Below, in pieces: positions 51,287-62,716 of a DNA stretch of 64,000 nt; position 1 is the first letter of the stretch; each line of letters begins with the position of its first letter. Both the position numbers and the translations under genes were made by a program. This DNA comes from Octopus sinensis (taxonomy: Eukaryota). The DNA lies in contig NC_043015.1 of assembly GCF_006345805.1 (NCBI RefSeq), positions 31,310,001-31,374,000 of the forward strand, written 5' to 3'. Under the pieces are notes generated by a model that saw nothing but the letters and a program-made list of their open reading frames with translations, ran no database searches and was not told the DNA's origin.

Positions 51287-51499
51287 GTAAGTTTACTTAT
51301 TATCACATCATGACTATTTTCTTCTTTAGTAAGGTGCCAATGGGTGATCTCACCAGAGCAGTCACCTTTTCTGCATGGGCCAAAGATTCTCTTAATCGAG
51401 TCATAGAATTCATATGCTTTGTTCTTGTCTGCAAAACGTGCATGTGTGTGTGTATGTGTAGAACACCATGATGGACCGTTAGCTCCTACACGCATTTTT

Positions 51500-51660
51500 T
51501 TTCTCTCCTTGTTTCTTTTCTGTGTATCTTTCTGTCGGAGAGCATAGACTCGAAACGTAAAAGACTTGTTTTTCTTCTATTCCTGAGCGCTATACTAATA
51601 CAATTGTTTGTTTGTACTCCACCTGCCTTCGTCTTTTGTTTATTTTCGTAAACCTTCCCG
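51500..51660 (+). mobile_element. Penelope-like pLTR-type repeat with a decayed hammerhead motif (51527-51564)
   Basis: TCTTT CTGTCGGA GAGC-ATAG-ACTC GAAACGTA^AAAGA. Related minus-strand fragments near 6215-6280 and 57130-57250. Confidence 0.45.
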
Positions 51661-52439
51661 TTATGTATATATATATATATATATAAGTATTTTTGATATA
51701 TAACAAAACAAAAATGACTATCCTGAGACTTTATTTTCCACAGTGTCTTTGCTTCAACACAATCTCAAATCAGCTTATCTGCCAAACAAATGCAACTCTG
51801 GAGTTTAAAAACCTAATTTCAGATATTTCACTCAGAGACTTTAGTTGCCAGTCGTAGATAGTTACAGATAAACTTTCACTGCAGTACAGTGAAAACTACC
51901 ATTTTTGGATTAAGGATTTGACTTGAATTCAGTTATTGTTTTGCCCTAGGTGGGCCCTGATCCAGATGGCTATATCAAAACATTCCTAGTGTGAGCATTC
52001 TGTCTTATTTTTAAACATAATGTATTTGGGACTAAATTATATAATGTGTCCTTTTTTATAATGGTAGGGTGTAATTGGAGGAAGATTTAGTTGGTGTTTC
52101 TAACAAGTTGAGCAACTGCATAGAGGCCTTGTTGGCTCCATCTGGATTCAGTAAAGTAAGCCGGTGACCATCCTGACTAGACCATCCTTCTCTTGCATTT
52201 CTGTTGTGACTGCTGTAGTGTTTGTACTTATGGATCCATTTTATAAGGAAGAACAAAAATGACAGGGTAACATGTTGAAAGTTTTTTTTTAACCAAGATG
52301 GTGAGTGAATATTGAGGTAATATGTTGAAATTTACTCTATAGCTAAACTACAAACTTAAGATGCTTCTTTGTCAAGTCTTAATACAGTGGATGTTTCAAT
52401 GATTTACATAACTTTTTTTCTTTTCTTATTAATTTTTAG

Positions 52440-52549
52440 TAACTTCCCATATTAAAATATTTGTCCTTGATGAAGCAGATGAGATGTTGTCTCGAGGTTT
52501 CAAAGATCAAATTTACAGTGTTTTTAGATACATGCCCCAGAATGTTCAG
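52440..52549 (+). CDS. EIF4A: eIF4A exon 6 (DEAD box: [19 protein letters not shown])
   Basis: ttttag| acceptor, CAG|gtttgt donor. GFKDQIY is the eIF4A1/2-type sequence rather than eIF4A3. Confidence 0.98.
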
Positions 52550-53798
52550 GTTTGTCAATTTATTTATTTCTAAATCTATTCATTGAAAATTTGTCCTGCT
52601 GCAGCCTCAGTCATGTCAGTTACAGTAAAGCATAAAAGTACTTGGCCATGGGTTTAGCTTTTCTAGAGGCCAAGCATTCTGCACTTACCTGAGATTTGTG
52701 AGTTAAATTCAGATAAATTAAACTTTCTGATACACTTATGCATATATGTAAGAGAAATAGACTTAAATTTTGGGGTTTTAAGTACTAATGCAAATAATGG
52801 AGAATGGGCAAAATCTGGAAGAATATGATCTTGTTAATGCAGTAAATTGGCAGAGCTGGTGAAACATTGGATAGAATGCTTTGAATTTGTTCTAAGTGTG
52901 AATTTACTTAAGGCCATCTTTACCTTTCGTTCTTTTTGGATTGAGATGAAACACTATAGGACAGAGAGTTGATGGAGTCTCCAGTGTCAGTTTCTGTTCT
53001 GACTACATTAGGAGTTCACATCTTGAACCACCACTGAAAAAAAAAAAAAAAAATTCTATTTCTATTAGGAGTTGCCACTGACAAAGTCCGCTTGGCAATT
53101 ACACGAGTCTGGCTTTGATCCCTCTGCACAAAGCCTCGAGGAAAGGCTTTCCCTGTAGTGCTTTCATTATAATCATTTTAATTGTCCACTTTCCTATGCC
53201 TGCATAGATCAAAAGATGTCTTGCAAACAACTCGCACATGCAAGTGCTACCAGTTAAAAGCTCCGTATACCGGAAGCTAGCAAGTGTATGGGGTCATCAG
53301 GAGAGAATGCACGCCGTTTCGGGGCCTACCTCTCGACGGCATCAATGCGCACCGGCCCCCCTCACTGATATGAGGCCCCGCTTGCTAGATCAGCTGGTTA
53401 TGAATAATTCAATAAGGCAGATTTTTCTACAGCCAGATGCCCTTCTTAACCCCAACCTTCACCTATTTCCAAGCATGGTTATAATCCTAGTTTATCAAGT
53501 AATGAAAAGCCCAAACATAGTTACAAGTGGGGTTTTTTTTTTTAAGATTTACTTTTCTTTTTATGATGTCCGAGTATCCTGGGAATATTGTGATGGTTTA
53601 TTATTACATGCCTTAGGCATTAGTATACCGCTGAATACTGTCTTCATGTAGTGCTCAAAAATACAATGCATTGTAGTCCTTTCATGTTGCTTTCTCCTGG
53701 CTAAAAATAGGGTTTGTGCATTTTGTTAGTATTCAGTGACATCATTTCTTGTAGAAGGCCTTTGTTTACAGCTGTGAGCACAATATTATTGGGTACCT

Positions 53799-54182
53799 GG
53801 AGGCGCAATGGCCCAGTGGTTAGGGCAGCGGACTCGCGGTCGTAGGATCGCGGTTTCGATTCCCAGACCGGGCGTTGTGAGTGTTTATTGAGCGAAAACA
53901 CCTAAAGCTCCACGAGGCTCCGGCAGGGATGGTGGTGACCCCTGCTGTACTCTTTCACCACAACTTTCTCTCACTCTTACTTCCTGTTTCTGTTGTACCT
54001 GTATTTCAAAGGGCCGGCCTTGTCACTCTCTGTCTCACGCTGAATATCCCCGAGAACTACATTAAGGGTACACGTGTCTGTGGAGTGCTCAGCCACTTGC
54101 ACGTTAATTTCACGAGCAGGCTGTTCCGTTGATTGGATCAACCGGAACCCTTGTCGTCGTAACCGACGGAGTGCTTCCATCC
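53799..54182 (+). mobile_element. Young tRNA-derived SINE
   Basis: A box TGGCCCAGTGG, B box GTTTCGATTCC, CpG-rich, 11-bp TSD ATTGGGTACCT. Confidence 0.9.
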
Positions 54183-54345
54183 ATTGGGTACCTCTACTCT
54201 GAATCTGCATATCAGAGTCAACTGAGAATTAATAGTTAACTGCTTTTTCTGGGTACCAGATGCAGTAATGTGGTTGGTAGCAGCATGTACTCTTTCAACG
54301 TTGGGTAATTATTACCATTTCTGCCTTTGTTGTTGTTTTCAACAG

Positions 54346-54489
54346 GTGATATTATTATCAGCTACTATGCCACCAGATGTCTTTGAAGTCACCAGACAAT
54401 TTATGAGGAAGCCAATTAAGATTTTAGTGAAAAAGGAAGAGTTGACTCTTGAAGGTATCAAACAATTCTTCGTTCATATTGAGAAAGAG
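54346..54489 (+). CDS. EIF4A: eIF4A exon 7 (SAT motif III; [14 protein letters not shown])
   Basis: caacag| acceptor, GAG|gtaagt donor, 144 nt. Confidence 0.98.
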
Positions 54490-55469
54490 GTAAGTCAGAT
54501 ATCAGTTTATATTTATTTCTACATTTTTAAATGCATCATCATCATCATTTAGCGTCTGCTTTCCATGCTAGCATGGGTTGGACGGTTCAACTGGGGTCTG
54601 GGAAGCCAGAAAGCTGCATCAGGCCCAGTCTGATCTGGCAGTGTTTATACAGCTGGATGCCCTTCCTAACGCCAACCACTCCGTGAGTGTAGTGGGTGCT
54701 TTTTACGTGCCACCCACACAGGTGTCAGACGGAGCTGGCAGACGGCCACGGATGGATGGTGCTTTTTACGTGCCACCGGCACGGGGGCCAGGCGAGGCTG
54801 GCAACGGCCACAATCGGATGGTGCTCTTTATGGGGGGCCAAGCGAGGCTGGCAACGGCCACGATCGGATGGTGCCACTGGCACAGGAATTGTGACAAAAG
54901 TCATAACGTAGACTGTATTTTGAACAAATCACATTAATTTTTATGTTTTACTGTTTTCTTAATATCATTTCCCATGAATGTAGATCTGGTTGATTTGTTG
55001 GCATATAAATGCTAATTACATCCTCCTCAACCATTACTACACAACTCAGCTAAACTGCAATAACACATAAACTTGCAATTATCATTTTAAAGGTAATTAA
55101 CTGTTTCCTCGAAAGAGGAAATGTGATTTGAATGTCTAACACTTTTACTATTGGTCTAAGTATAAAAATACATTCTCCATGTATTATATGAGTGTAAACT
55201 AGCTTTGCATTTGATAGTGAAATTTTTCATTTCAAAACTAGTCTAATTAGTTATAAATAATTGTAAAGTTATTTAAATTTCATTTAACCCTTTTGCTGTT
55301 GAAATACTCTTTGTTATTTTGAAAATTAATTGTTTTTATTAAGCTGTGGTTGGGACAAATTAACACGAAATTTTGATGTTTCTTACCACACAGCCACACC
55401 TGCTCCTATATATACATATAATTTCAGTTCGTGCAATTGAAAAAACCGCATTATTTATGGGATGACCCA

Positions 55470-55878
55470 GTACTCTCTCTTTACTCTTTTACTCTTTTAC
55501 TTGTTTCAGTCATTTGACTGCGGCCATGCTGGAGCACCGCCTTTAGTCGAGCAACTCGACCCCGGGACTTATTCTTTTGTAAGCCCAGTACTTATTCTTT
55601 CGGTCTCTTTTGCCGAACCGCTCAGTGACGGGGACATAAACACACCAGCATCGGTTGTCAAGCAATGCTAGGGGACAAACACATACACACACATATATAT
55701 ATATACATATATACGACAGGCTTCTTTCAGTTTCTGTCTACCAAATCCACTCACAAGGCATTGGTCGGCCCGGGGCTATAGTAGAAGACACTTGCCCAAG
55801 GTGCCACGCAGTGGGACTGAACCCAGAACCATGTGGTTGGTAAACAAGCTACTTACCACACAGCCACTCCTGCGCCCA
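55470..55878 (-). mobile_element. SINE family S1
   Basis: Full copy upstream of eIF4A exon 8. Confidence 0.85.
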
Positions 55879-55949
55879 TATATGTTTCTTTAATGTTTCA
55901 TGTTTGTTTATCATATTGCTATTTATTTATTTTTTTTCTTTAATTTCAG

Positions 55950-56087
55950 GAATGGAAACTAGACACATTAACAGATTTATATGGAACTCTGACAATCACT
56001 CAAGCCGTTATATTCTGTAATACTCGTAGGAAAGTAGATTGGCTCACCGATCGGATGTTGGCAAAAGATTTCACTGTTTCTGCTATG
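55950..56087 (+). CDS. EIF4A: eIF4A exon 8 ([32 protein letters not shown])
   Basis: tttcag| acceptor, ATG|gtaatt donor. Motif IV. Confidence 0.98.
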
Positions 56088-57585
56088 GTAATTTCACCAT
56101 TGTTTTTGTTGTTGTAATTAATATTATTATTGTATTCAACTTCGTTATGCAACCAGATGATAATTTTATAAAGCTTTGTGTTTTTTGAAAATAAGTCACT
56201 TGTCATTCCTTTTTCCCGAGACATAAGGTACAGGCATGGCTGTATGGTTAAGAAGTTTGATTCACAACTACATGGTTGTAGGTGCAATACCATTGGACAG
56301 CAACTTGAGTGACTTCTATGACTTTGGGTTAGATAGAAACTGTGCTGAAGCATGTCATAGAATGTATTTGTTTTTGGTGCAGCACCACTGGTTAAAAAAG
56401 CAGTATTGTGTTGAAATATAGACTGATAAAATGCGGTGCATGCACACACACATATTTTCGTACGGTTCACTTCACCAATTTTACAGTTAATGGCTTCAGC
56501 ACAAAAACATTTTCTAAGAATAAGACAACTTGAGACCCTGTGCTAACAGTTTATCATATTGGTTTCAAATTTTGGTACAAGGCCAGCAATTTTGAGGGCA
56601 AGGATAAATCGATTATGCCAGCCCCAGTTCTCAACTGGTACTTATTTTATAGATCTTGAAAGGATAAGAGGCAAAGTCAACCTCGGCTGCATTTGAACTC
56701 AGAATGTAAAGATGGCCGAAATGTCATTAAGCATTTTTCCTGGCTTGCTAATGATTCTGCCAGCTTGCCACCTTATAACTGTTTTATCATATTGATACTC
56801 TTTACTAAACTTATTAGATCTAGCATTTATATGAGATTTGGGCATTTTGCAGTCCCTGCAGTCGTTTCTTGAGTGTTTGTATATCTGTTCCTTACTCAAT
56901 TCTTATGCATCTATGGATGTAGAGCTGTTTTTTTTCTTTTCATTCTTCTAAGCAAGGATTAGACAGAGATATTTTTGTGGCATTGCTTCCTGTTGCTAAC
57001 CCTTGCTTGTTTTTCAACTAAAGGTTCTCTTTATTTTATCCCTCATTGAAACTGCAAACCCAGCAGGAAAATGATGCTCAGTGATTTTTAGCACTCAAAT
57101 GTTAAACATACACAGCCATATATATATATATATAGTTCAAATTTACAGAAAATAAAAGACCAAGACAGGTGAAGGAACAACACAAGCAGGTGTATTAGTT
57201 TAATCCTTGGGAAGAATGGAAGTCTTTGACAGAAAGGATTAAGTGGGGGAAAAAACAGAAAGAAAAAAGCATGTCGGGCTTAATGATTCAACATGATGAA
57301 ATGGCCCTATACATGTGCATGCACACATTGGGCTGCCTTCTACATTCATTCACTATCAAGGCATTGGTCATCTCATAGCTGTAGTTGAAACACTTGCCCC
57401 AGGTACTGAATAGTGAAATTTGACCCAAAACCACATATTTTTGTGAAGCATATTTTTTAAACTGCACAGCCATGCTTTATTAAATAAATCAGACATGCCA
57501 CAGTACTAATATTTAATGAACGTAACTTTAAACTGCTAATAAAAATGTTTCTTTTTGATTGTTTGGCAGTTCCAGGCCCTTTTAA

Positions 57586-57806
57586 CCCTTTCGTTACTGT
57601 ATTTATTTTGAGATGCTCTGTGTTTCTTTCAATTACTTTAAATATAACAAAGAATTTAGTAAAATAATTTAGTCATCATTAAGCTAGTGTTAGGAACATA
57701 AATTGTGACTAAGGAATGGTGGAAGATTTTAATTGGGAACTTATGAAAACAAGACATTTGTACTACAAAGCCAGAGCCAGTTTCAGCCGGGTTGGTAACG
57801 AAAGGG
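57586..57806. mobile_element. piggyBac-type MITE, family B
   Basis: Left TTAA intact, right flank TGAA, shared body. Confidence 0.85.
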
Positions 57807-58168
57807 TGAAACAAAAGATAATTATCTCTCTTTCTAACATGAGAAATTGCAAAATTTAAGCAAGTGCTGGCAATCTGTTGGGAATCTTAGTTTTTAAGGC
57901 TTACATATTTTTCAATGGAGTATTGATTTTTTTTTTTTTTTTTAAACTGATTCCCTCTTACCACATATCACTCAATTTGAAGTAGAATTGAATGTTTATT
58001 CCATCCTTCCAAGAAAGGCAACTCAGAAAACCAGAGTTACAAGGGCATTGGCACATTGACTGTTGTGAGCTTTGACCTTTCAAGAAATTAGTCAGAAATA
58101 ATCTAGTGTCTTTTTAACTTCATAAGTATTGTGTGTAGTTGATGAATAATTATTATATCTATTTGTAG

Positions 58169-58339
<171 letters not shown>

Positions 58340-58442
58340 TGAGTGGTAGGAGTCCTAAATCATCAGTCACTGTCAGTCGTAAGTCATCTTTCATTTAGCA
58401 CAGTATTTGATATGCTTTTCTTTTTTTTTTTGTTTTTTTCAG

Positions 58443-58587
58443 AATTGGTAGAGGAGGACGGTTTGGTCGTAAAGGTGTTGCCATCAACTTCATCACCGAG
58501 GATGATGTTCGAATACTCAATGACATAGAACAATTTTACAACACTTCCATCATAGAGATGCCAACGAATGTGGCTGACTTGATTTAA
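58443..58587 (+). CDS. EIF4A: eIF4A exon 10 ([13 protein letters not shown] motif VI ... NVADLI*)
   Basis: T-tract then tcag| acceptor, TAA at 58585-58587. The joined CDS is 401 aa without a stop. Confidence 0.98.
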
Positions 58588-59041
58588 GGTTGCCCCCCTC
58601 TTGCTGTTCGGAAAGACAACATGCATTGCTTGTCATTCAAGACATCAAATATACACCTTTCTCTCTTTCTTTTTATATTTGAAATATGTACAAACTGCTT
58701 TTCCTTTCCAACAAAGACAAGGGCCTTTTCATTTGTTGACACTGCCCATGCACGCTCAAGTTCTACGTGTATTTTTCTCCCCACTCCCATCCCTAACATG
58801 TATTAATCAACTTCTGGTTTTTTTTTTTTCTTATGTTATGGATTAAATATAGTTTAATACAGTTTAATGTTTACACTAAAACACATGGAAAGTGTGTCAG
58901 GAAACTTCGACATTCAATTAAGCTAGCATCTCCAAGATATTCGATTAAAATTTCTAATGTAAAAGGTAAATTTCCATTCATACCTCATAAGGTTATACTT
59001 GAAACATTTTTCAGAACTGAGTTCTCTAAACTGAATTCTCA

Positions 59042-59268
59042 CATGTATATAACATATATATATATATATGTATGTATATATTTATATATGTATGTATATA
59101 TGTATGTATGTATATATTTATATATGTATGTATATATGTATGTGTGTATATATATGTATGTATGTGTATGTATGTATGTGTATGTATATATGTGTATGTA
59201 TATATGTGTGTGTATATATATGTATATATATATATGTATATATATGTGTGTATATATATATATATATG

Positions 59269-59307
<39 letters not shown>

Positions 59308-59392
59308 GTATATATATATATGTGTGTATATATATGTATATATATATATGTGTGTATATATATATACATAAATATATGTAATACACACATAT
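59042..59392. repeat. Compound (TA)n/(TG)n/(TATG)n microsatellite in the probable eIF4A 3'UTR
   Basis: About 350 nt of near-pure alternating T-purine sequence. Confidence 0.95.
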
Positions 59393-59418
59393 ATGGAGAA
59401 ATCTATTTTGTTCTTTTT

Positions 59419-59424
59419 AATAAA
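59419..59424 (+). promoter_or_regulatory. Candidate poly(A) signal for eIF4A
   Basis: First AATAAA I saw after the stop, followed by T-rich sequence. Others lie near 59550 and 59740. Confidence 0.4.
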
Positions 59425-59956
59425 ATATTGCTATTTAGATTTTCTTTTGAATTTTGCTGATTCTAAAAGCTGATAGTTTTCTCTGCAAATTTAAATTAAA
59501 TGAATCGGTGATAAACCTTTTGTGTTTAAAGACTGTATCGTAATTTGTATAAATAAAGAAATTTTTATATTTGAAAGTGTCATTCAGTATTGCTGGCCAG
59601 AAATCTTCAGCTGCAGAATTATATGCGACCTCTTGAGGTCACTAAAAACACATTTTCACCCCCCCAACAACATTTTAAGTTTTTTTTTTTTTTTTACTTC
59701 AAAATTTTCTTGTAACTATTATGTCTGTGAGTCTAATTTAATAAAATCTCTTTAACTAGCATTTGAACCAATGTTGGGCAATGAACACTTTTATGATTTT
59801 TTTTTTTATTAATATTTTTATTTTTAAACTATTAAAAAGGTAACTACTGGTCGTCGGTTCTGTCTTCCCTTTATTGGTGCGTGTTGAAGAAGTAGGGTCC
59901 ACATCTTGTAGTTATAAATGTTTTAATGTCTTTAGAGGTGATTATTTTGCCAACAA

Positions 59957-60120
59957 TGGCGCAGGAGTGGCTGTGTGGTAAGTAGCTTGCTTACCAACCA
60001 CATGGTTCCGGGTTCAGTCCCACTGCGTGACACCTTGGGCAAGTGTCTTCTACTATAGCCTCGGGCCGACCAAAGCCTTGTGAGTGGATTTGGTAGACGG
60101 AAACTGAAAAGAAGCCTGTC

Positions 60121-60175
<55 letters not shown>

Positions 60176-60410
60176 TGTGTGTGTTTGTGTGTCTGTGTTT
60201 GTGTTTGTCCCCCTAGCATTGCTTGGCAACCGATGCTGGTGTGTTTATGTCCCCGTTACTTAGCGGTTTGGCAAAAAAGACCGATAGAATGAGTACTGGG
60301 CTTACAATAGAATAAGTCCCGGGGTCGAGTTGCTTGATTAAAGGCGGTGCTCCATCATGGCCGCAGCCAAAAGACTGAAACATGTAAAAGGGTAAGAGAA
60401 AGAGTAATGA
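59957..60410 (+). mobile_element. SINE family S1
   Basis: Full copy downstream of eIF4A. Confidence 0.85.
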
Positions 60411-60620
60411 ACAAGCTGCAAATATGACTCTAAAGGATTTTTTTTATTATTTAAATACCTGTGCATTTCTTGTAGAAGAGTTCCATGGCTGTTCACAGAG
60501 GTGGGCACTGTTAATTGGAAAGTTAACTTCGTTAATCTGTTAGCATTAACATTTATTGAAAAAAGACATAACTACAGTTTCAGGCCACCGCTGACTTCCA
60601 GAAAAATGGATATTTTTTAA

Positions 60621-60832
60621 ACCTTTAGTATTCAGATTATTCTGTCAAATGTCATGCTTATGTAATCAAATTGTTTTGAATTAATCATGCAAAAACATTA
60701 TAGTATTGAAATTTTGAGGATGTGATTGCTTATTCTTAGAATGACATTGTAGGATAAGCCAGATCCGGTCAGTTTGAACATAGAACAGGTAGAATATTTA
60801 GGCCGGATATGGCCGGTTTAAATGCTAAAGGG
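60621..60832. mobile_element. TTAA-flanked MITE, family A
   Basis: Same body, right end AAAGGG|TTAA. Confidence 0.75.
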
Positions 60833-61979
60833 TTAATGAAACTTTCACCAAATAATTGCTTATATCCTGTAGATTGAGTATGTGTAAAGATTTGTTGGAA
60901 ACAACTTTCCAAGATGTTGGGGAGAAGAGTTTCAGAAAATTCACAGGACACAACATTTTCTCCCTCATAACTTTCTGGGGAAATAGGTATTATTTAATGA
61001 AATTTTATACAAATACCTTTCAAACGGTGTAGATTATGATTACAAAGAAATTTGTAGGCAAAGTTTTTGGAAGGAGGTGGGGAGAGGAGTTTTGGATCAG
61101 ACGGCCCACGTGTGTTGGAATTTCTCCATTTTGACGGGGTCTCTTTTTAGTGTTTTTCACTAAATTCTTCAGAATGATGGGAAGCATCTTTTCACAAAAA
61201 AAAAAGAAAGAAAACAATTTTGGCAATTTTTGGTTTTTTTTCTCACTCTCACCACCCCAGTCTGAAACAATTTTGGCCATTGTGTGATTTAAGGGAGATC
61301 TGGTTGTTTCTAACACATCCCAAAACCTCCCTCCTCGTTTCTTTCTCACACATCTATTCATACTTTTCAATATTTTTCTCCCCATAGACAAATTTTATGG
61401 AATGATGATGTCAGAGTAACACATGTGTAGTCCCAACCGAGCGAGGCTGTGGTATGTGTCATCATCATCATCATCGTTTAGCGTCTGCTTTCCATGCTGG
61501 CATGGGTTGGACGGTGCAACTGGGGTCTGGGAAGCCAGGAGGCTGCACCAGCCCAGTCTGATCTGGCAATGTTTCTACGGCTGGATGCCCTTCCTAACAC
61601 AAGAAAAAAACATCTAAAAGCATCTTTAGTGTTCAGATTAATCTGTCAAATGTAATGCTTATTTGTTCACGTTAATTTGAATTATTCAGGTTCAAGAGGG
61701 GTGTCCACAATATTTGTGTGGTAAGTAGCTTGCTAACCAACCACATGGTTCCAGGTTCAGTCCCACTGCATGGCCTCTTGGGCAAGTGTCTTCTATAGCT
61801 TCAGGCCAACCAAAGCCTTGTAAGTGGATTTGTTATACGGAAACTGAAAGAGGCCAGTCATGTATGTATATATATATATATGTTTATCTGTGTCCCAACA
61901 TAGTTTAACAACCATTGCTGGTGTGTTTATGTCCCTGTAACTTAGCAGTTCAGCAAAAGAGACTGATAGAATAAATATA

Positions 61980-62357
61980 TACAATGAAATTATTGTATAC
62001 AGTTCTCAGGTGCACCACAACTTGTCAGAAAGTGCATATAAAGTGTATGCAGTAATGTACAAATGTCTGGAAAGCGAATAATGTATGAGTCAGATACATG
62101 CTTGCGAGTGTATGGAGGGGAGGAAATCAGGTGTAGTGTTGACGAATCTCAGGAAGCATGGAAGTTTTGAAGGATGCAGGGCTGTGACAACTAACAACTG
62201 ATGCCGGCAGTTTGTTCCATGCTCCAGCAACTCTCAGCGTGAAAAAATGTTTCCTGAAGTCATGGAAGCTGTGCTGCTTTCTGACTTTGTAAATATGTCC
62301 ACGGGTGGAGTTTGAAAAGGTGCTCAGAGTTATTGTTCGTAAGATGGTTGATAATTT
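61980..62357 (-). mobile_element. 5'-truncated CR1/L2-like LINE 3' end
   Basis: TRGHIYKV...RKHFFTLRVAGAWNKLPASVV...FK, the typical CR1-clade ORF2 C-terminus. Confidence 0.8.
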
Positions 62358-62373
62358 TACTGCTCTTACAAAG

Positions 62374-62716
62374 TGAAGGCGCATGGCTCAGTGGTTAGAG
62401 CGTCGAGCTTACGATCATGAGGTTGTTAGCTTGAATCCCGGACCGGGCTGCGTGTTGTGTTCTTGAGCAAGGCACTTTATTTCACGTTGCTCCAGTTCAC
62501 TCAGCTGTAGAAATGAGTTGCGACGTCACTGGTGCCAAGCTGTATCGACCTTTGTCTTTCCCTTGGATAACACTGGTGGCATGGAGAGGGGAGGCTGGTA
62601 TGCATGGGCGACTGCTGGTCTTCCATAAACAACCTTGCCCGGACTTGTGTCTAGGAGGGTAACTTTCTAGGTGCAATCCCATGGTCATTCATGACCGAAG
62701 GGGGTCTTTACCCCTT
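62374..62716 (+). mobile_element. tRNA-derived SINE with a central conserved-domain-like segment
   Basis: A and B boxes, ttgagcaaggcactt core, 8-bp TSD TTACAAAG. A tail fragment recurs inverted at about 41110-41250 and a related head at 9919-10140. Confidence 0.85.

Noticed and set aside
53277-53388. Hammerhead on the minus strand (CCCC-GAAAC and CTGATGA both present)
   Set aside because: The order and pairing do not give a valid type I, II or III fold, and the cleavage triplet would be GUG. Kept only as a hairpin.
53799-53875. tRNA gene (also 62374-62450, 9919-9990 and S1 heads)
   Set aside because: A and B boxes are present but there is no proper cloverleaf, and each continues into a SINE body, with TSDs at 53799 and 62374.
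58833-59460. Several 90-180 aa Y/I/C/V/M-rich ORFs (also 5478-5761, 5834-6418, 59932-60292)
   Set aside because: They are translations of TA/TG microsatellites and SINE bodies.
61020-61391. 123-aa minus-strand ORF
   Set aside because: K/F/N-rich and homopolymer-laden with no recognisable motif. It looks like degenerate repeat or low-quality sequence.
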